A stretch of 64,000 nt of DNA from a virus (IMGVR_UViG_3300030380_005342:1-64000), one strand, 5' to 3'. Counted from the stretch's first letter, positions 18,966-32,484 are shown. Numbers and translations are program-made. Notes: generated by a model not told the origin, from the sequence alone.

Positions 18966-21900
18966 ATGAGTATTGGCAAAAATTCAGAAACAAGTGCATT
19001 TGATCCAGAGATCATGGGAAGATCTCCCTATTACGATGACTTTGAACCCCAAAAGAAGTTTGCCAAAATTCTTTTCAAGCCCGGACTGCCAGTTCAGTCG
19101 CGGGAACTCTCACAAGTTCAATCAATTTTACAAAATCAAATTGAAAGATTCGGTAAGCATATTTTTGAAAATGGCTCAGTCATTCTTGGCGGAGAAGTTT
19201 CTGTTTCTTCTACCTCGTTCATTAGACTTGATAATACTAATCTAATTTCTGCTGAAAACTTATCCTCAATCATTGGTCAAAGAATCACAGACGATACTGA
19301 AAGAGATGGTTCAACTACCCTTGCCACAATCATTGGTGCTTTTGACCAACCACTAGCAGCCGATGGATTCACGAACGATCCACACCAAGTTTTGTTTATT
19401 GAATATAATACAAGTGGTGGATTCACCACCTCCCAGCCAGTCTTGTCAACCACCGGAGACAACAATCTTGGCTTGACTTTTGGTATTGCAACTACCACAA
19501 CCACTGATGCCTCAATCGGAACCGCGACAAACTTCGTGACGGTCAATGAGGGTTATTACTTCCTTGACGGTCATTTTGTTTTAAATGATGCTCAACAGTT
19601 TGCAGCATACTCCTCGACTGGTGGTTATAGAAACTTTGTTGAGCCAGATGCATCAATTGGATTTGATATTGTAAAGACAACAGTAAACGCTAACCAAGAT
19701 GCAAGTTTGAATGATCCTGCTTTTGGTTTTAACAATTACAACGCTCCCGGTGCTGATAGATTTGTAATTACTCCCACTCTTGTTCAGAGGGGTTTGACCG
19801 GATCTAATGCTGACGCAGGTGGACTTGTGATTGATGGCACAACATCAGATTATGTTGAACTCGTCAGAGTCAACGGTGGCACGACAGTCAAAAGAGTCAA
19901 GACTGCTGACTATGCTGAGTTGGAAAAAACTCTTGCTCGAAGAACATTTGATGAGTCTGGTAACTACACAGTTAACCCATTTACTTTCGTTTCTAAAGAT
20001 TACTCTGATGTTTTCTCCCCGGATGACGAAACAAAGTTTGTCGGTGTTTTGTCTCCCGGCAAAGCATATGTCAATGGTTATGAGTTTGAGACAATCGCAA
20101 ATAGTAATTTAATTTTTGACAAAGCGAGAGAAACTACAAACATTGACAGACTTGGCATTGACACTCCAGAGGGTTCGTTCTTCGAAATTTTTGATGCCAC
20201 TAATACTAGATTCCACAAATTTGACTCAAACACTGAAACGGTCGCAGATGGTAAACCCTTATCAATTTTCAATTCAGATAATGAATTCATTGGAACATTA
20301 AATGTTCGTATGGTTCGTCCCGGCACGACCTCTACATCAGTCCGTATTTACTTCTTCAACGTTAGAATGCAGACTAACACTAGCACTGGAGAACTTTTCA
20401 AACTTTCTGATGCTAGGTTTATCCAAGATACATCAATTGATAACTTAGAAAATCCATCGTCTACTCCAGTGGTTGATCACACCGTGTTTGGATTTACAGC
20501 GGCAGGTGATGTGTCGATCAAACGGCTTACGAATAATAGACAAATTTTCTCTTTACCAAAGGGTGGACCGATTGAATCAATCGCTGGTGAAGATCATGAT
20601 TCTCTTTTCACAGTGGTGAAAACTTTTGCTGGCACTGCTGATGCGAGTGGAAACTTTGTTGTCACTGGTGGCGGTGATAATGACTTCTTCGAAAGTAACA
20701 TTCTCGCATTTGCCGCAACTGGTAGTGATGCAGCAACCAGAGTGTCAATTGATCTCTCATCCCCAACCAATCCAGATAATGATGCAGGTACGCTTACGCT
20801 TGCAAACTGTGGTAGTGGTGCGAGAGTTGTTGCAACTGTGCCTATGAAATATAAAAGCACAGTGACCGATCAAAATATTCGAAAGAAAACTTTAGTTAGA
20901 GATTCGGAAATCACAGGTGTCACTCTTGCAAACGGTGTTGGGGATTTGGGAGTAGTTGATATTTACGAAATCCTTTCCATCACTCAGGGTGGTGTTGATG
21001 TCACATCTAAATTTGATTTTGATAATGGACAAAAAATTGATCGATATGATTTTGGTAGAGTTATTCTTAAACAAGGTGAGGATGTTGATACGACTGCAAA
21101 CTCCTTAGTTGTCACCTGCAATAAATTTACACATGCATATGGAAGCGGTGGACCGTTTACGAAACAAAGTTATGTTGACTCTGGACTCACAGCAGGACTA
21201 GAGTTCTCACCAGATTTCTTAGATCCTGAGAGCGGTGAAAAAATTAGATTGTTTGATGCTCTCGACTACAGACCTCAAAGATTGAATCGAGCCGGACATT
21301 TTTCATATGGTGATTCAACCGTGTCTGGAACACCAGATATCAAAACATCCACAGTCCCCATGGTGGACGCTGTTGAAAGTCCCTTTGTCTCTTATGAAAC
21401 ATATCTATCCAGAGTTGACAGTGTTATCTTAGGGTCGGATAGAAGTCTTCGTGTGGTGAGTGGAGAAAGTTCTTTTGAACCAGCAGCACCGACTGTCGCA
21501 GAAGATGATCTTGAACTTTATCGTGTTGGCATTCCTGCCTTCACTTTGTCTACTGATGATGTAAATGCATCGTATATCAATAATCAAAGATATACGATGT
21601 CAGATATTGGTAATATTGAGCAGGCTACATTTAGTGATAACGAATTCAATTACAGAACAGCACTACAAAATAGAGCGATTGCATCGGCTGTCGGATTGTT
21701 CCCCGGATCAGAGGCGTTTGACGATGGAGTTTTTGCTGATGATTTGATTGGACACGGCAATAGTGATGTCACTAAGATTCAACATAACGTTTCAATTGAT
21801 CCGATCACAAATACCATCAGACCAGCGTTCACCACTAAGCCAATGGGCGTTTCGTATGACGCGACTCAAAGTGCAAACCTTAGTAGATTTGTTAGTCCTT

Positions 21901-24701
21901 ATGGTGAAATCATAACATCCAGACACACCACTGGTAATATTACATTTGTCTCAAACACTGATATTGATCCCATCACACAAGGAATCACAGTTGATGTGAA
22001 TAGATTCGGGGTCACCGACTACCTCGGTTCTGTAAAACTTGATCCATTCTGTGATCGCTATTGGAGTGACACGCAAAAGGCAAAGGTTATCGTTAATACA
22101 AGTGGCGAAAATAATGCTTGGAAAAAAGGCATCTCCGCCCCCAGTGGTGTTGAGGGTAAAAAGTTTGGCTTTGGCACTCAGTGGAAAGATTGGGAGAGCA
22201 TCTGGTTTGGACGAGAGATTGAAGAAGAAAACATCACTCAACAAAGCGATCCAGACTTTAGAAGTTATGTCGTTGCTCCAAGATCAACATATGTGAGAAG
22301 AAACCTTTCACAAAAAATTACTAGACAACTCGCAAATAAAATTATTGATCTTTCGATTGTACCTTACATGCGTGCGGTAACTATTGACGGAACTGTTGAG
22401 GGCATGCGTCCCAATTCAACAGCGTATCTTTACTTTGACGATGAGTTGACCGGGACAACCACGGGATACAGTGTTGGCACGACTGGTGCATTCACATTTA
22501 GTTTATCAATTCCAACTGACACTTATCTTACAGGTGAAAAAGTTGTTAGAGTGATGGACAACGCTGATAATAACTTAAATCTTGCAACCACCTCTGCTGA
22601 TGCTATCTTCTATGCCACTGGTGCATTGGACACAAATGAGGCTGGAGTCAACACATTCCGTCCTCTGATTAGAAGAAGAGACTCCTCCTCTAGCAACTCA
22701 ACACTCAACGCAGAGTATACTGATCTTGTCGGTAGCGAGTCTGCTCCTGTGTTGAATGCACTCACTCCTGTTTCACAAACTTTTACTGTTGATCAAAGCA
22801 CTTTCCCCGATGGCATGGTTCTGAAAAACATCAAAGTTTTGTTTTCAGAAAAACCAGATGACAGTGGTGGTGTGATTAAATGTGAGATTAGACCTGTTGA
22901 TACATTTGGGTATCCAAGGAGAAATTACTTGATGCCTTGCTCTGAGGTTTACCTTAGACCAGAGGATGTAAATACCTACAATCCCGGTGATACCTTAAAT
23001 GATAAACTGACAACTTTCAATTTCTGTGAAACGGGGACACCCGGAACAGGTTCGCCAATTTATCTTTCGCCCGGAACCTATTCCGTTAGTTTCTCTTCGA
23101 ATGATATTAATTACAAACTTTGGACAGTGAATAAAGTTTTCACTCAAGGAAATGGCGGTGCATTGCAAAGATTGTTCCAACCATCCAACACTGGTCAGGT
23201 CACTGAACTGTTTGATTATAGTTTGAGTCTTGTGATGGAGAGAGCAGCGTTTGAGGAATCAAACTCATTGCTTGACTACAACTTCACTAGCGTCACGGCA
23301 GATCTAGTCTTCAATACGAGTTATGTTGCATCGTCAAAACAATTGATTTCTTCCAATAAACTTGAAGCATCACTTCCCCCCATCGGTGGAGTTGGGTTTG
23401 GTCCGGTCAATGCCACAAGACGTTTTGAAAATCAGTTTGGCACTTCACCAACTAGCGTTCGATTCCGCTGGACTCCAACTGATCGTTCGTCAAATATTAT
23501 CGACACGGCTCAAGTTATGCCGTTGTTGATTTCAAATAAAGTTTCTTTTGTAGATGCAAATGAAGTTACATTAAATACTCTTTCAAATGATAACTTGTCA
23601 TCTTCTATCTCCAGATACTATTCGAAAATTGTCACTCTGCCAGCCCCCGCTGCCAACTTAAATGTTCGAATCAAGGGTAAGTTCCCATCTGGTGTGGTCA
23701 CTAAAGTGTTTGGTAAATTTAAAGGGACTGATTCATCAGGATCTCTTGATCAGCAACCTTACGTTGAACTTGTTAGTCCATCAACTGTGATTTCAACTGT
23801 AAACACGAACGGTGATGTTGAAACTGTTATTAACAACTTTGCTGCACCTATCGCTGATGGTAGTGCCGTTTCGGACACTGGATTGTTTACAGAGTATCAA
23901 CTCAAACTTGTTTTATCAAATAACACAAATAGAAAAGATCTTCCTGAAATTGCTTCCATTGACGCAGTTCCTTTGGGACGTAAATCAGAGGCACAGTTCT
24001 TCCAAACAATTGTGCCTAGTGGTTCTATTTTCCCGTACGCTGGCACTTTCACAGCACCAGAGGGTTTCTTGTTATGTGATGGCACAATTTATAATAAAGA
24101 TGAATTCTTGAATCTTTACAATGCACTTGGTGGAGAAAATAACCCTTACAATACTGACAGCGGTATTGATAGTGCCACACAATTCCAAGTTCCAAACTTA
24201 CAAGGAAGAATGCCGGTTGGTGAAGATAGATCCGTGACACCGAGTGGTGATGCTGGATTTGGTGGTGCTAATAAAGTCTTGGGTAACACTGGTGGTATCA
24301 CTGGGGTTGCAATGCACCAACACACAGGTCTTATCTCTCCAAGGGCTGGTAGGGGAGCGGGTAATGACCCACCCAACCCTGACGGAAGAAGACTTCCCTT
24401 CATAGTTACTTGTGACACGCAAAATTGTATTCAAGATGAAATTCAAGGACTTGAGGGTAGTGACGCAAGATTTAGACCGGACTCTCTTGAACAAACCATC
24501 GATGCATTTGATATTACAGTGCTTCCAACATCTGCTACTGGTGGCAGGGCAACAACAAACTTCCCCGGTACAAATTCCTTCTTGGAACAAGGTGACTTGG
24601 TTACCGGAGCAAAAGGAAACATTGTAGATAATCAACCCACTGCAATCACTCTCGAACAAATGCCTCCGTATGTGGTAACTCGATACATAATTAAGATCTA
24701 A
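18966..24701 (+). CDS. Large VrlC-like (DUF4815-type) baseplate/fibre protein with C-terminal phage tail-collar domain
   Basis: PYYDDF...K.F.KILF.PG.PVQ.REL.Q.QSILQ.Q, APGADR, LARRTFDESGNY, RYTM.DIG. C-terminus P.G.I.PYAG..P.G.LLCDG...F.VPNLQGR..VG...PPY.V..YIIK. Confidence 0.85.
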   Translation: MSIGKNSETSAFDPEIMGRSPYYDDFEPQKKFAKILFKPGLPVQSRELSQVQSILQNQIERFGKHIFENGSVILGGEVSVSSTSFIRLDNTNLISAENLSSIIGQRITDDTERDGSTTLATIIGAFDQPLAADGFTNDPHQVLFIEYNTSGGFTTSQPVLSTTGDNNLGLTFGIATTTTTDASIGTATNFVTVNEGYYFLDGHFVLNDAQQFAAYSSTGGYRNFVEPDASIGFDIVKTTVNANQDASLNDPAFGFNNYNAPGADRFVITPTLVQRGLTGSNADAGGLVIDGTTSDYVELVRVNGGTTVKRVKTADYAELEKTLARRTFDESGNYTVNPFTFVSKDYSDVFSPDDETKFVGVLSPGKAYVNGYEFETIANSNLIFDKARETTNIDRLGIDTPEGSFFEIFDATNTRFHKFDSNTETVADGKPLSIFNSDNEFIGTLNVRMVRPGTTSTSVRIYFFNVRMQTNTSTGELFKLSDARFIQDTSIDNLENPSSTPVVDHTVFGFTAAGDVSIKRLTNNRQIFSLPKGGPIESIAGEDHDSLFTVVKTFAGTADASGNFVVTGGGDNDFFESNILAFAATGSDAATRVSIDLSSPTNPDNDAGTLTLANCGSGARVVATVPMKYKSTVTDQNIRKKTLVRDSEITGVTLANGVGDLGVVDIYEILSITQGGVDVTSKFDFDNGQKIDRYDFGRVILKQGEDVDTTANSLVVTCNKFTHAYGSGGPFTKQSYVDSGLTAGLEFSPDFLDPESGEKIRLFDALDYRPQRLNRAGHFSYGDSTVSGTPDIKTSTVPMVDAVESPFVSYETYLSRVDSVILGSDRSLRVVSGESSFEPAAPTVAEDDLELYRVGIPAFTLSTDDVNASYINNQRYTMSDIGNIEQATFSDNEFNYRTALQNRAIASAVGLFPGSEAFDDGVFADDLIGHGNSDVTKIQHNVSIDPITNTIRPAFTTKPMGVSYDATQSANLSRFVSPYGEIITSRHTTGNITFVSNTDIDPITQGITVDVNRFGVTDYLGSVKLDPFCDRYWSDTQKAKVIVNTSGENNAWKKGISAPSGVEGKKFGFGTQWKDWESIWFGREIEEENITQQSDPDFRSYVVAPRSTYVRRNLSQKITRQLANKIIDLSIVPYMRAVTIDGTVEGMRPNSTAYLYFDDELTGTTTGYSVGTTGAFTFSLSIPTDTYLTGEKVVRVMDNADNNLNLATTSADAIFYATGALDTNEAGVNTFRPLIRRRDSSSSNSTLNAEYTDLVGSESAPVLNALTPVSQTFTVDQSTFPDGMVLKNIKVLFSEKPDDSGGVIKCEIRPVDTFGYPRRNYLMPCSEVYLRPEDVNTYNPGDTLNDKLTTFNFCETGTPGTGSPIYLSPGTYSVSFSSNDINYKLWTVNKVFTQGNGGALQRLFQPSNTGQVTELFDYSLSLVMERAAFEESNSLLDYNFTSVTADLVFNTSYVASSKQLISSNKLEASLPPIGGVGFGPVNATRRFENQFGTSPTSVRFRWTPTDRSSNIIDTAQVMPLLISNKVSFVDANEVTLNTLSNDNLSSSISRYYSKIVTLPAPAANLNVRIKGKFPSGVVTKVFGKFKGTDSSGSLDQQPYVELVSPSTVISTVNTNGDVETVINNFAAPIADGSAVSDTGLFTEYQLKLVLSNNTNRKDLPEIASIDAVPLGRKSEAQFFQTIVPSGSIFPYAGTFTAPEGFLLCDGTIYNKDEFLNLYNALGGENNPYNTDSGIDSATQFQVPNLQGRMPVGEDRSVTPSGDAGFGGANKVLGNTGGITGVAMHQHTGLISPRAGRGAGNDPPNPDGRRLPFIVTCDTQNCIQDEIQGLEGSDARFRPDSLEQTIDAFDITVLPTSATGGRATTNFPGTNSFLEQGDLVTGAKGNIVDNQPTAITLEQMPPYVVTRYIIKI

Positions 24702-24713
24702 CAGGAAACTTAA

Positions 24714-26669
24714 ATGGCTGGAAACGCATTTACAAACCTAAGCACACTTTCACTATCTGACAACTTTAGAAGTTGGTTTGATAAAACTAATGAAATTGTT
24801 GAAACTTTAAACCCTGTTGAAGTTTACGGAGTTACACCCGGAAGTGGTATTACCGTTGCGATTGATGCCTCTGGCATTGCGACAGTGGGTCTATCTTTAC
24901 CCGCATCGGTTCCCGGTAACGCTGGATTTACTGGTAGCATTACATTTAGCAATGAGGTTCGGTTTACAGGAAAAACTGTGGATGTTTCAGGATCTACGGT
25001 TTATGGAAATGTTGTTCGAACTGTCAATGGATCAACCGGAGATGTAACCATTGCTCTTACCGGAGCCAATGATTCAACAAGCACCACTGGTGATATTTTA
25101 ATCAAAACTGGTGGAACGCTTGCAGCGTATACCATGTTCCAAGGTTTCACACTTGACGGAAATAGATCTTTCAGATTCTCTGGATCTGGTGGCATGTTAA
25201 TCGGTGGTTCAGGTGGTATCACCGGAATGAATCACATCGGAACCAAGTTTAGACTTGGTAGCCTTGCTATCGCAGGTGGACTTTCTGGTGCTGGTGATGC
25301 AGGTGTCACCGCTGCCTTCCTTCAATTCTTAAACTTAGGATACACTGGATCGGACAATGCAGAGCGTGGTATGCAAGTTTACTACGGAAGAATCAATAAC
25401 GGCAACACAGATGCTTTAGGGTTAGTGGTCAAGGGTGGTGGCACAAATGGCGACTTTGATTCTGACGGACCAATGCTTGTTGTTGATTCAACAAATAGAA
25501 GATTTGGATTAAATGGAGTCACCTCTGCACAAGGCGGTCTTCATATTAAAACTATCTCTACAAGCACCACAGCAGGAAATGACATCCTGTTAGAAGATAG
25601 TGCAGGAAAAACAATCCCGATCAGAACTGTCATCAATGGTTCAACTACAGAGTATAACGGTAAAGAAGGTATTGTCACATCAACTGGTGCTAGATTCCGT
25701 GGGTTTGCAAATCAAAGCAGACTGCGAACAATCACAAACGCAGTCTATACAAATGTTGGTGTTGAACTTAGACACTCAAGCACTCCCTCTAGTTTCAGTG
25801 TTCTCGGTCAAGAGTCATCTGGTGCTTCTTTATCTCCTGCTCTTGTAGTCAAGGGAGATGGCTCAGTCATCATTGGTGGTGTTAGCGGTGGCGAGTCTGG
25901 CAGCACATTCGGTGCTTTGAATATTGTCAGTGGCGAAATCTTACTGGGTGGAACTCATGGTGTTACGCTTACTGAGAATGGTGGTGTTCAAACAATCTTG
26001 AGTGGTATGTCCGGTGGTGGTATTTCAAACGAATATAAAGTTATTCTTGCACCTACACCAGATGGTGGAACATCGACATCTTTAGTCACGAACATTGAGT
26101 TTGCTGGTAATATTACAGATGACATTGTTTCAGATATTCGAAGAACATCTGCAACAGGGGTAGGTGCAGAGGATGAGTTTGGAGCAAGCATTCCGTTCGT
26201 TGAGCAAACCTTCCTTGAATTCTTTGATTACTCTGGATCTAGCAAACGTCACGCAGTTGGCAACTTTGAAATTGAAGTTACCATGCCTGTTTATGAGTTT
26301 GTTTACGAAAAGGGTAACTTTGCTCTCTCCAGAGATTTCGATGAGCCAGAGCCGATCATCGGGGTCGTTGCTTTTACAGATGATAATAAAACAAATAATA
26401 TTAGTGGAAACATTTCTAGCGGTGCATTCCTAGCAAATCCAAGCAAAGGTGTTGACTATATTATGTTAAAAGATATTCTATCTACAGATCTGCACGGTAA
26501 TGTTTTGCCAAAAACAGATCAAATCAAATTTACTGTGTCTGGAAACTGTGCAGAGCGAGTGAAGTTAGGTATTTTTGCTTCAAGCGTTCATGCTCATCGA
26601 GGACAAAGATGTGGGGCTATCTACAAGAGTCCCGGTTCGTATAAAGCAAGATTCTTTAACGTGGAGTAA
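24714..26669 (+). CDS. Putative tail fibre / virion structural protein
   Basis: N-terminal SDNF..W..KTNE motif, V.TVNG.TGDV fibre repeat, Gly/Thr/Ser-rich beta strands. Confidence 0.65.
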   Translation: MAGNAFTNLSTLSLSDNFRSWFDKTNEIVETLNPVEVYGVTPGSGITVAIDASGIATVGLSLPASVPGNAGFTGSITFSNEVRFTGKTVDVSGSTVYGNVVRTVNGSTGDVTIALTGANDSTSTTGDILIKTGGTLAAYTMFQGFTLDGNRSFRFSGSGGMLIGGSGGITGMNHIGTKFRLGSLAIAGGLSGAGDAGVTAAFLQFLNLGYTGSDNAERGMQVYYGRINNGNTDALGLVVKGGGTNGDFDSDGPMLVVDSTNRRFGLNGVTSAQGGLHIKTISTSTTAGNDILLEDSAGKTIPIRTVINGSTTEYNGKEGIVTSTGARFRGFANQSRLRTITNAVYTNVGVELRHSSTPSSFSVLGQESSGASLSPALVVKGDGSVIIGGVSGGESGSTFGALNIVSGEILLGGTHGVTLTENGGVQTILSGMSGGGISNEYKVILAPTPDGGTSTSLVTNIEFAGNITDDIVSDIRRTSATGVGAEDEFGASIPFVEQTFLEFFDYSGSSKRHAVGNFEIEVTMPVYEFVYEKGNFALSRDFDEPEPIIGVVAFTDDNKTNNISGNISSGAFLANPSKGVDYIMLKDILSTDLHGNVLPKTDQIKFTVSGNCAERVKLGIFASSVHAHRGQRCGAIYKSPGSYKARFFNVE

Positions 26670-26671
26670 AT

Positions 26672-27724
26672 ATGGCAACTTTTGATTCAATCACATATTC
26701 AGGTGACCTTTCGGGTGAATTAGTTCAACTTGTTTTCAACAAGGGAAATTTGATTACAGTGAGAAACACAGGAACTTCCACTGGAGATTATGTCAGTGCT
26801 GGTGGTGAAACTTTTGCATCAACTGATGGCGTATCACAGTTTATCACTAATGCTGGATTCTTAAATTATGTTAATGATGGCAAAAGAGTCTCAACAATCA
26901 AAACAACAGGATCGGGGCTATTCACCCAGATGGGTAGTGGCAATTCAGGAAACGGCTCTGGAGATTTCTTGAACATTCCCGATCCAAGAATCACACATAG
27001 AATTACTTTTGGAAGCACAAACGGTATCGGTGCTTCGGGTTCATCTGGTATCAGTCATGCAGATCAACTTTTGATTACTGACGCTTCTGGCACAACTCTT
27101 CATGCGTACTTTGGCAGATTCTTTGATGGATTCACCACAGGGACTACGGCAGCCATTGAGATTTACGCAGTTGGCTCCACAGGAAACGCATCTGGTAAAA
27201 CTGGATTTGTGGGTCTTACTGCGCCATTCATTTTCAACTCTGCTCAGGGTTCTACCTCTCAGGTGGCTGCGGACGGCATTTCTACACTTAAAAATGTAGG
27301 ATCATTTAGAAACTTTATGTTTGATCAGATCGGAACATCCTTAGATGGTGCGACTCACACAGCAGTCACTTATGGTATCGCAGACAACAAAAGTATAATT
27401 TTTTACAAGGGTGCATACAGCCTTCAAGAACTCGGAACGATTAGTACAATGCTCAGGGCAAATACTCTAGGATCTGCAACAGAGTTGATTCAGAATTATC
27501 ACCTGCCGCTAGTTGGGCAAACAAGTGCCACCAGTGGTTTCATTGGGGTCACCTTTAACGCTGTCACAGGCGGCACAGGAACCACCAATGACTGCTCAGA
27601 GTTTGACAATGCAATAGGAAACTATTTTAAGAAGAGAAATGACATTAAATTGACTGTTGATACAAAATTTAAGGTTTTTGAGGGCTTAGGCTCGATCAAA
27701 GAGATGGTTACAACAACATTCTGA
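26672..27724 (+). CDS. Hypothetical virion structural protein
   Basis: 350 aa, Gly/Thr/Ser-rich, SD GGAG, inside structural operon. Confidence 0.55.
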   Translation: MATFDSITYSGDLSGELVQLVFNKGNLITVRNTGTSTGDYVSAGGETFASTDGVSQFITNAGFLNYVNDGKRVSTIKTTGSGLFTQMGSGNSGNGSGDFLNIPDPRITHRITFGSTNGIGASGSSGISHADQLLITDASGTTLHAYFGRFFDGFTTGTTAAIEIYAVGSTGNASGKTGFVGLTAPFIFNSAQGSTSQVAADGISTLKNVGSFRNFMFDQIGTSLDGATHTAVTYGIADNKSIIFYKGAYSLQELGTISTMLRANTLGSATELIQNYHLPLVGQTSATSGFIGVTFNAVTGGTGTTNDCSEFDNAIGNYFKKRNDIKLTVDTKFKVFEGLGSIKEMVTTTF

Positions 27725-27837
27725 TGTGTCTTAAATATCAAACAATGTGTCATTTTACGCATAGGTCAAATTGTGGCATCTGATTCTGACAAAAAACCCA
27801 AAGGTGACCAGTTGAAGCGTAGGAAGCCTCGCTCTAA

Positions 27838-27843
27838 TACATA
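27838..27843 (+). promoter_or_regulatory. Late promoter variant TACATA upstream of gp13
   Basis: TACATA followed by AAGGAG SD and ATG 27867. Confidence 0.5.
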
Positions 27844-27866
27844 TAAAAGGCAAAGGAGCGAAATAG

Positions 27867-28664
27867 ATGGCAACACCAACATCACGGGAAGAACTAAAAC
27901 AGTATGCTCTAAGAAAACTGGGCGCACCCGTAATCGAGATTAATGTCGATGACGCACAATTAGAAGATGCTCTTGATGATTCGTTGCAAATTTTTAACGA
28001 ATATCACTTTGATGGTGTGCAAAAAGCACTTTTCAAAGTAGAAGTGACCGCTGACGATATCACAAACGGTTATTTAAATACAAATAGTATTGGAAGCACG
28101 CAAGGTCCGGGTGACTCTCCTCAAGTCGAGGGTGGTGATCGGATTGTTTCTGTAAATAAAGTTTTTCAGTTTGCAGAAGGTGGTGCAAGCACGAACATGT
28201 TTAGTGTGAATTATCAGTTAGCCCTAAATGACATTTATGGTATTCGCACTCCCGGCTCCCTGAGTCAATATGCAAATACACAAAGTTACATTCAGATGGT
28301 AAGCGACATGCTTGACCCCGAAAAACAAATTGAATTTAGTAGAGTCACAAATAGGCTTTACTTAAAAATGGATTGGAGCGAAGTTGTAAGTGCTGGCGAC
28401 TTCTTAATGATCGAAGCGTATGTTTCACTCAATCCAGACACATATACAGAAATCTATAATGATATTTTGCTAAAACAATATGTGACTGCCTCCTTCAAGA
28501 AGCAGTGGGCTATGAACTTACTAAAGTATCAAAACATTCGTCTTCCGGGTGGTGTTGAATTCAACGCAGATTCACTTTTGTCCGAGGCAAATTCTGAGAT
28601 GGATAAAATTGAAGAAACTCTTTATGATAAGTACGAACTTCCGCCTGATATTATGATCGGATAA
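27867..28664 (+). CDS. gp13: Neck protein gp13
   Basis: P.SREELK.Y.LR.LG.PVIEINVDD.Q.ED, YHFDG, LK.Y.TA..K.QW..NL.KY...LPGGV, YELPP. Confidence 0.95.
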   Translation: MATPTSREELKQYALRKLGAPVIEINVDDAQLEDALDDSLQIFNEYHFDGVQKALFKVEVTADDITNGYLNTNSIGSTQGPGDSPQVEGGDRIVSVNKVFQFAEGGASTNMFSVNYQLALNDIYGIRTPGSLSQYANTQSYIQMVSDMLDPEKQIEFSRVTNRLYLKMDWSEVVSAGDFLMIEAYVSLNPDTYTEIYNDILLKQYVTASFKKQWAMNLLKYQNIRLPGGVEFNADSLLSEANSEMDKIEETLYDKYELPPDIMIG

Positions 28665-28666
28665 TT

Positions 28667-29557
28667 ATGCCAACTAATCCATACTTCAACAAAACAACAG
28701 TGAAGTCTGAGCAAACGCTTGTTCAAGATCTTGTTGATGAGTCTATTAAGATTCATGGCATCGATATGGTGTACCTGCCCAGAACCCTTGTAAATGTTGA
28801 TGAGATCTTTGGTGAAGACAAATTGCCAAAGTTTGAAAAGGGTAAGTTTCTTGAGATGTATGTTGAAGACTTTGAAGGCTTCGAGGGCGAAGGCGAAACC
28901 ATGACTCAGTTTGGTTTAGAGATCAAAGATAATTTGACGCTCACCGTGTCTAGACGAAGATTCCTAGAGACATTTGCTGCTGAGGACTATCCATATCCGA
29001 GAGAGGGTGACCTTGTTTTCTTTCCATTAAATAATTCACTTTTTGAGATTGATTTTGTTGAGAGAGAATACAATTTCTTTAGTTTTGGAAAAACATTTGC
29101 TTACCAAATCAAGTGTAGTTTGTTCAAGTATTCTGGTGGAGATTTCGAGTCTGGATTTGATCAGATTGACGGGGTTACATCAGCGGCAGTTGACAAGTTA
29201 TTTACAGTTAGTCTTACCGGAGGCAATGCTGGTGCAGGCACAGGAGAATTCACTGACGGTGAGCGTGCGCACTTGTATACGAACCGAGCAGGCAGCGTGA
29301 CGAGTGCTACAGTGGACATCATCGAGTGGGATACCTCAGTGGACATCGCAACCGTGAGGCTCGTAGACGGGACTACAGTGGGTGCTACGGCAATGGTCGG
29401 TGCATCGTCTGGTGCGTCCTACGGAATCAACACCATTGGATTGACGGCAGAATATTTTGTTAAAGATGCCTTTGAAGACAATACAGAACTTGACAGGGAA
29501 GCCAAAGGGTTTCTTGACTTTACAAATACCGACCCATTCTCCGAGGGAGATTTCTAA
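28667..29557 (+). CDS. gp14: Neck protein gp14
   Basis: NPYF, EQ.L..DLV.E.I...G.D..YLPR, FGED, EMY, FG....D, P.EGDL.FFP, DF...DPF.E. Confidence 0.95.
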   Translation: MPTNPYFNKTTVKSEQTLVQDLVDESIKIHGIDMVYLPRTLVNVDEIFGEDKLPKFEKGKFLEMYVEDFEGFEGEGETMTQFGLEIKDNLTLTVSRRRFLETFAAEDYPYPREGDLVFFPLNNSLFEIDFVEREYNFFSFGKTFAYQIKCSLFKYSGGDFESGFDQIDGVTSAAVDKLFTVSLTGGNAGAGTGEFTDGERAHLYTNRAGSVTSATVDIIEWDTSVDIATVRLVDGTTVGATAMVGASSGASYGINTIGLTAEYFVKDAFEDNTELDREAKGFLDFTNTDPFSEGDF

Positions 29558-30404
29558 TGTTTACTACATTTTACAATGAAACAATTCGTAGAACAGTCGT
29601 AGGCTTTGGTAGTCTTTTTGATGATATTTTTGTTCAAAGAAAAAACTCCGCTGGAACTTTACAGAAAAAAATACTCGTTCCAATTACTTACTCTGCGAAA
29701 GAAAAATTCTTTAGAATGCTCAGAGAGTATCCGATCCTTAAGGGTGAGGATAGTGATATTCACATTGGTCAGGTCTTGCCTCGCATGGGATTTTCTGTCA
29801 CGACAATCGACTACGATGGGTCTAGAAAAAGAAATACATTATCTCAAAGATTTTTAGATGGCGATGTCGATTCTGCGTCAGGTAAATTACTCACAAACAA
29901 AACACAGTTTGCTGAGGTTCCGTACAATATTGGATTCAATCTAGCGATTGCTACGCGAACAAATGACGATGCTCTTCAAATCATTGAGCAAATTTTGCCA
30001 TTCTTCACACCAGAGTTTACGATTACAATTAACTACACATCTGAAATGAATACAAAAATTGATGTGCCTATTATTTTAACTGGCGTGACTCCAGAGGTAG
30101 AGTTTGAGGGTGATACGTCAGAGCAGAGATCAGTAATTTATAATTTATCATTCACCGCACAAACTTATCTTTTCTCGCCCATCAAAACAAACAAGATCAT
30201 TCGGGAAACTCAAGTCACCGGATTCTTCTCAAACTTCGATTCCTCTGGTGGCATCAGTGGACCTACAGGTGCAGCCTTCAAGGCTGTGTCGAGTATCACC
30301 GGACCATCTGGTGCAAGCACCAACCCACCTGATGCGACAGTGACAACTGATGTATTTGAATTTGGTGGTAGTGGTGGTTTAAGTATCACTGGAGGTACAT
30401 TAGC

Positions 30405-30408
<4 letters not shown>
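29557..30408 (+). CDS. gp15: Tail terminator / sheath stabilizer gp15
   Basis: FY.E.IR..VV.FG.LF..I, VP..Y..KEKF, LPRM.F, YD..RK, VPYNI, D.LQI.EQILP.F.P. Confidence 0.95.
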
Positions 30409-32484
<2,076 letters not shown>

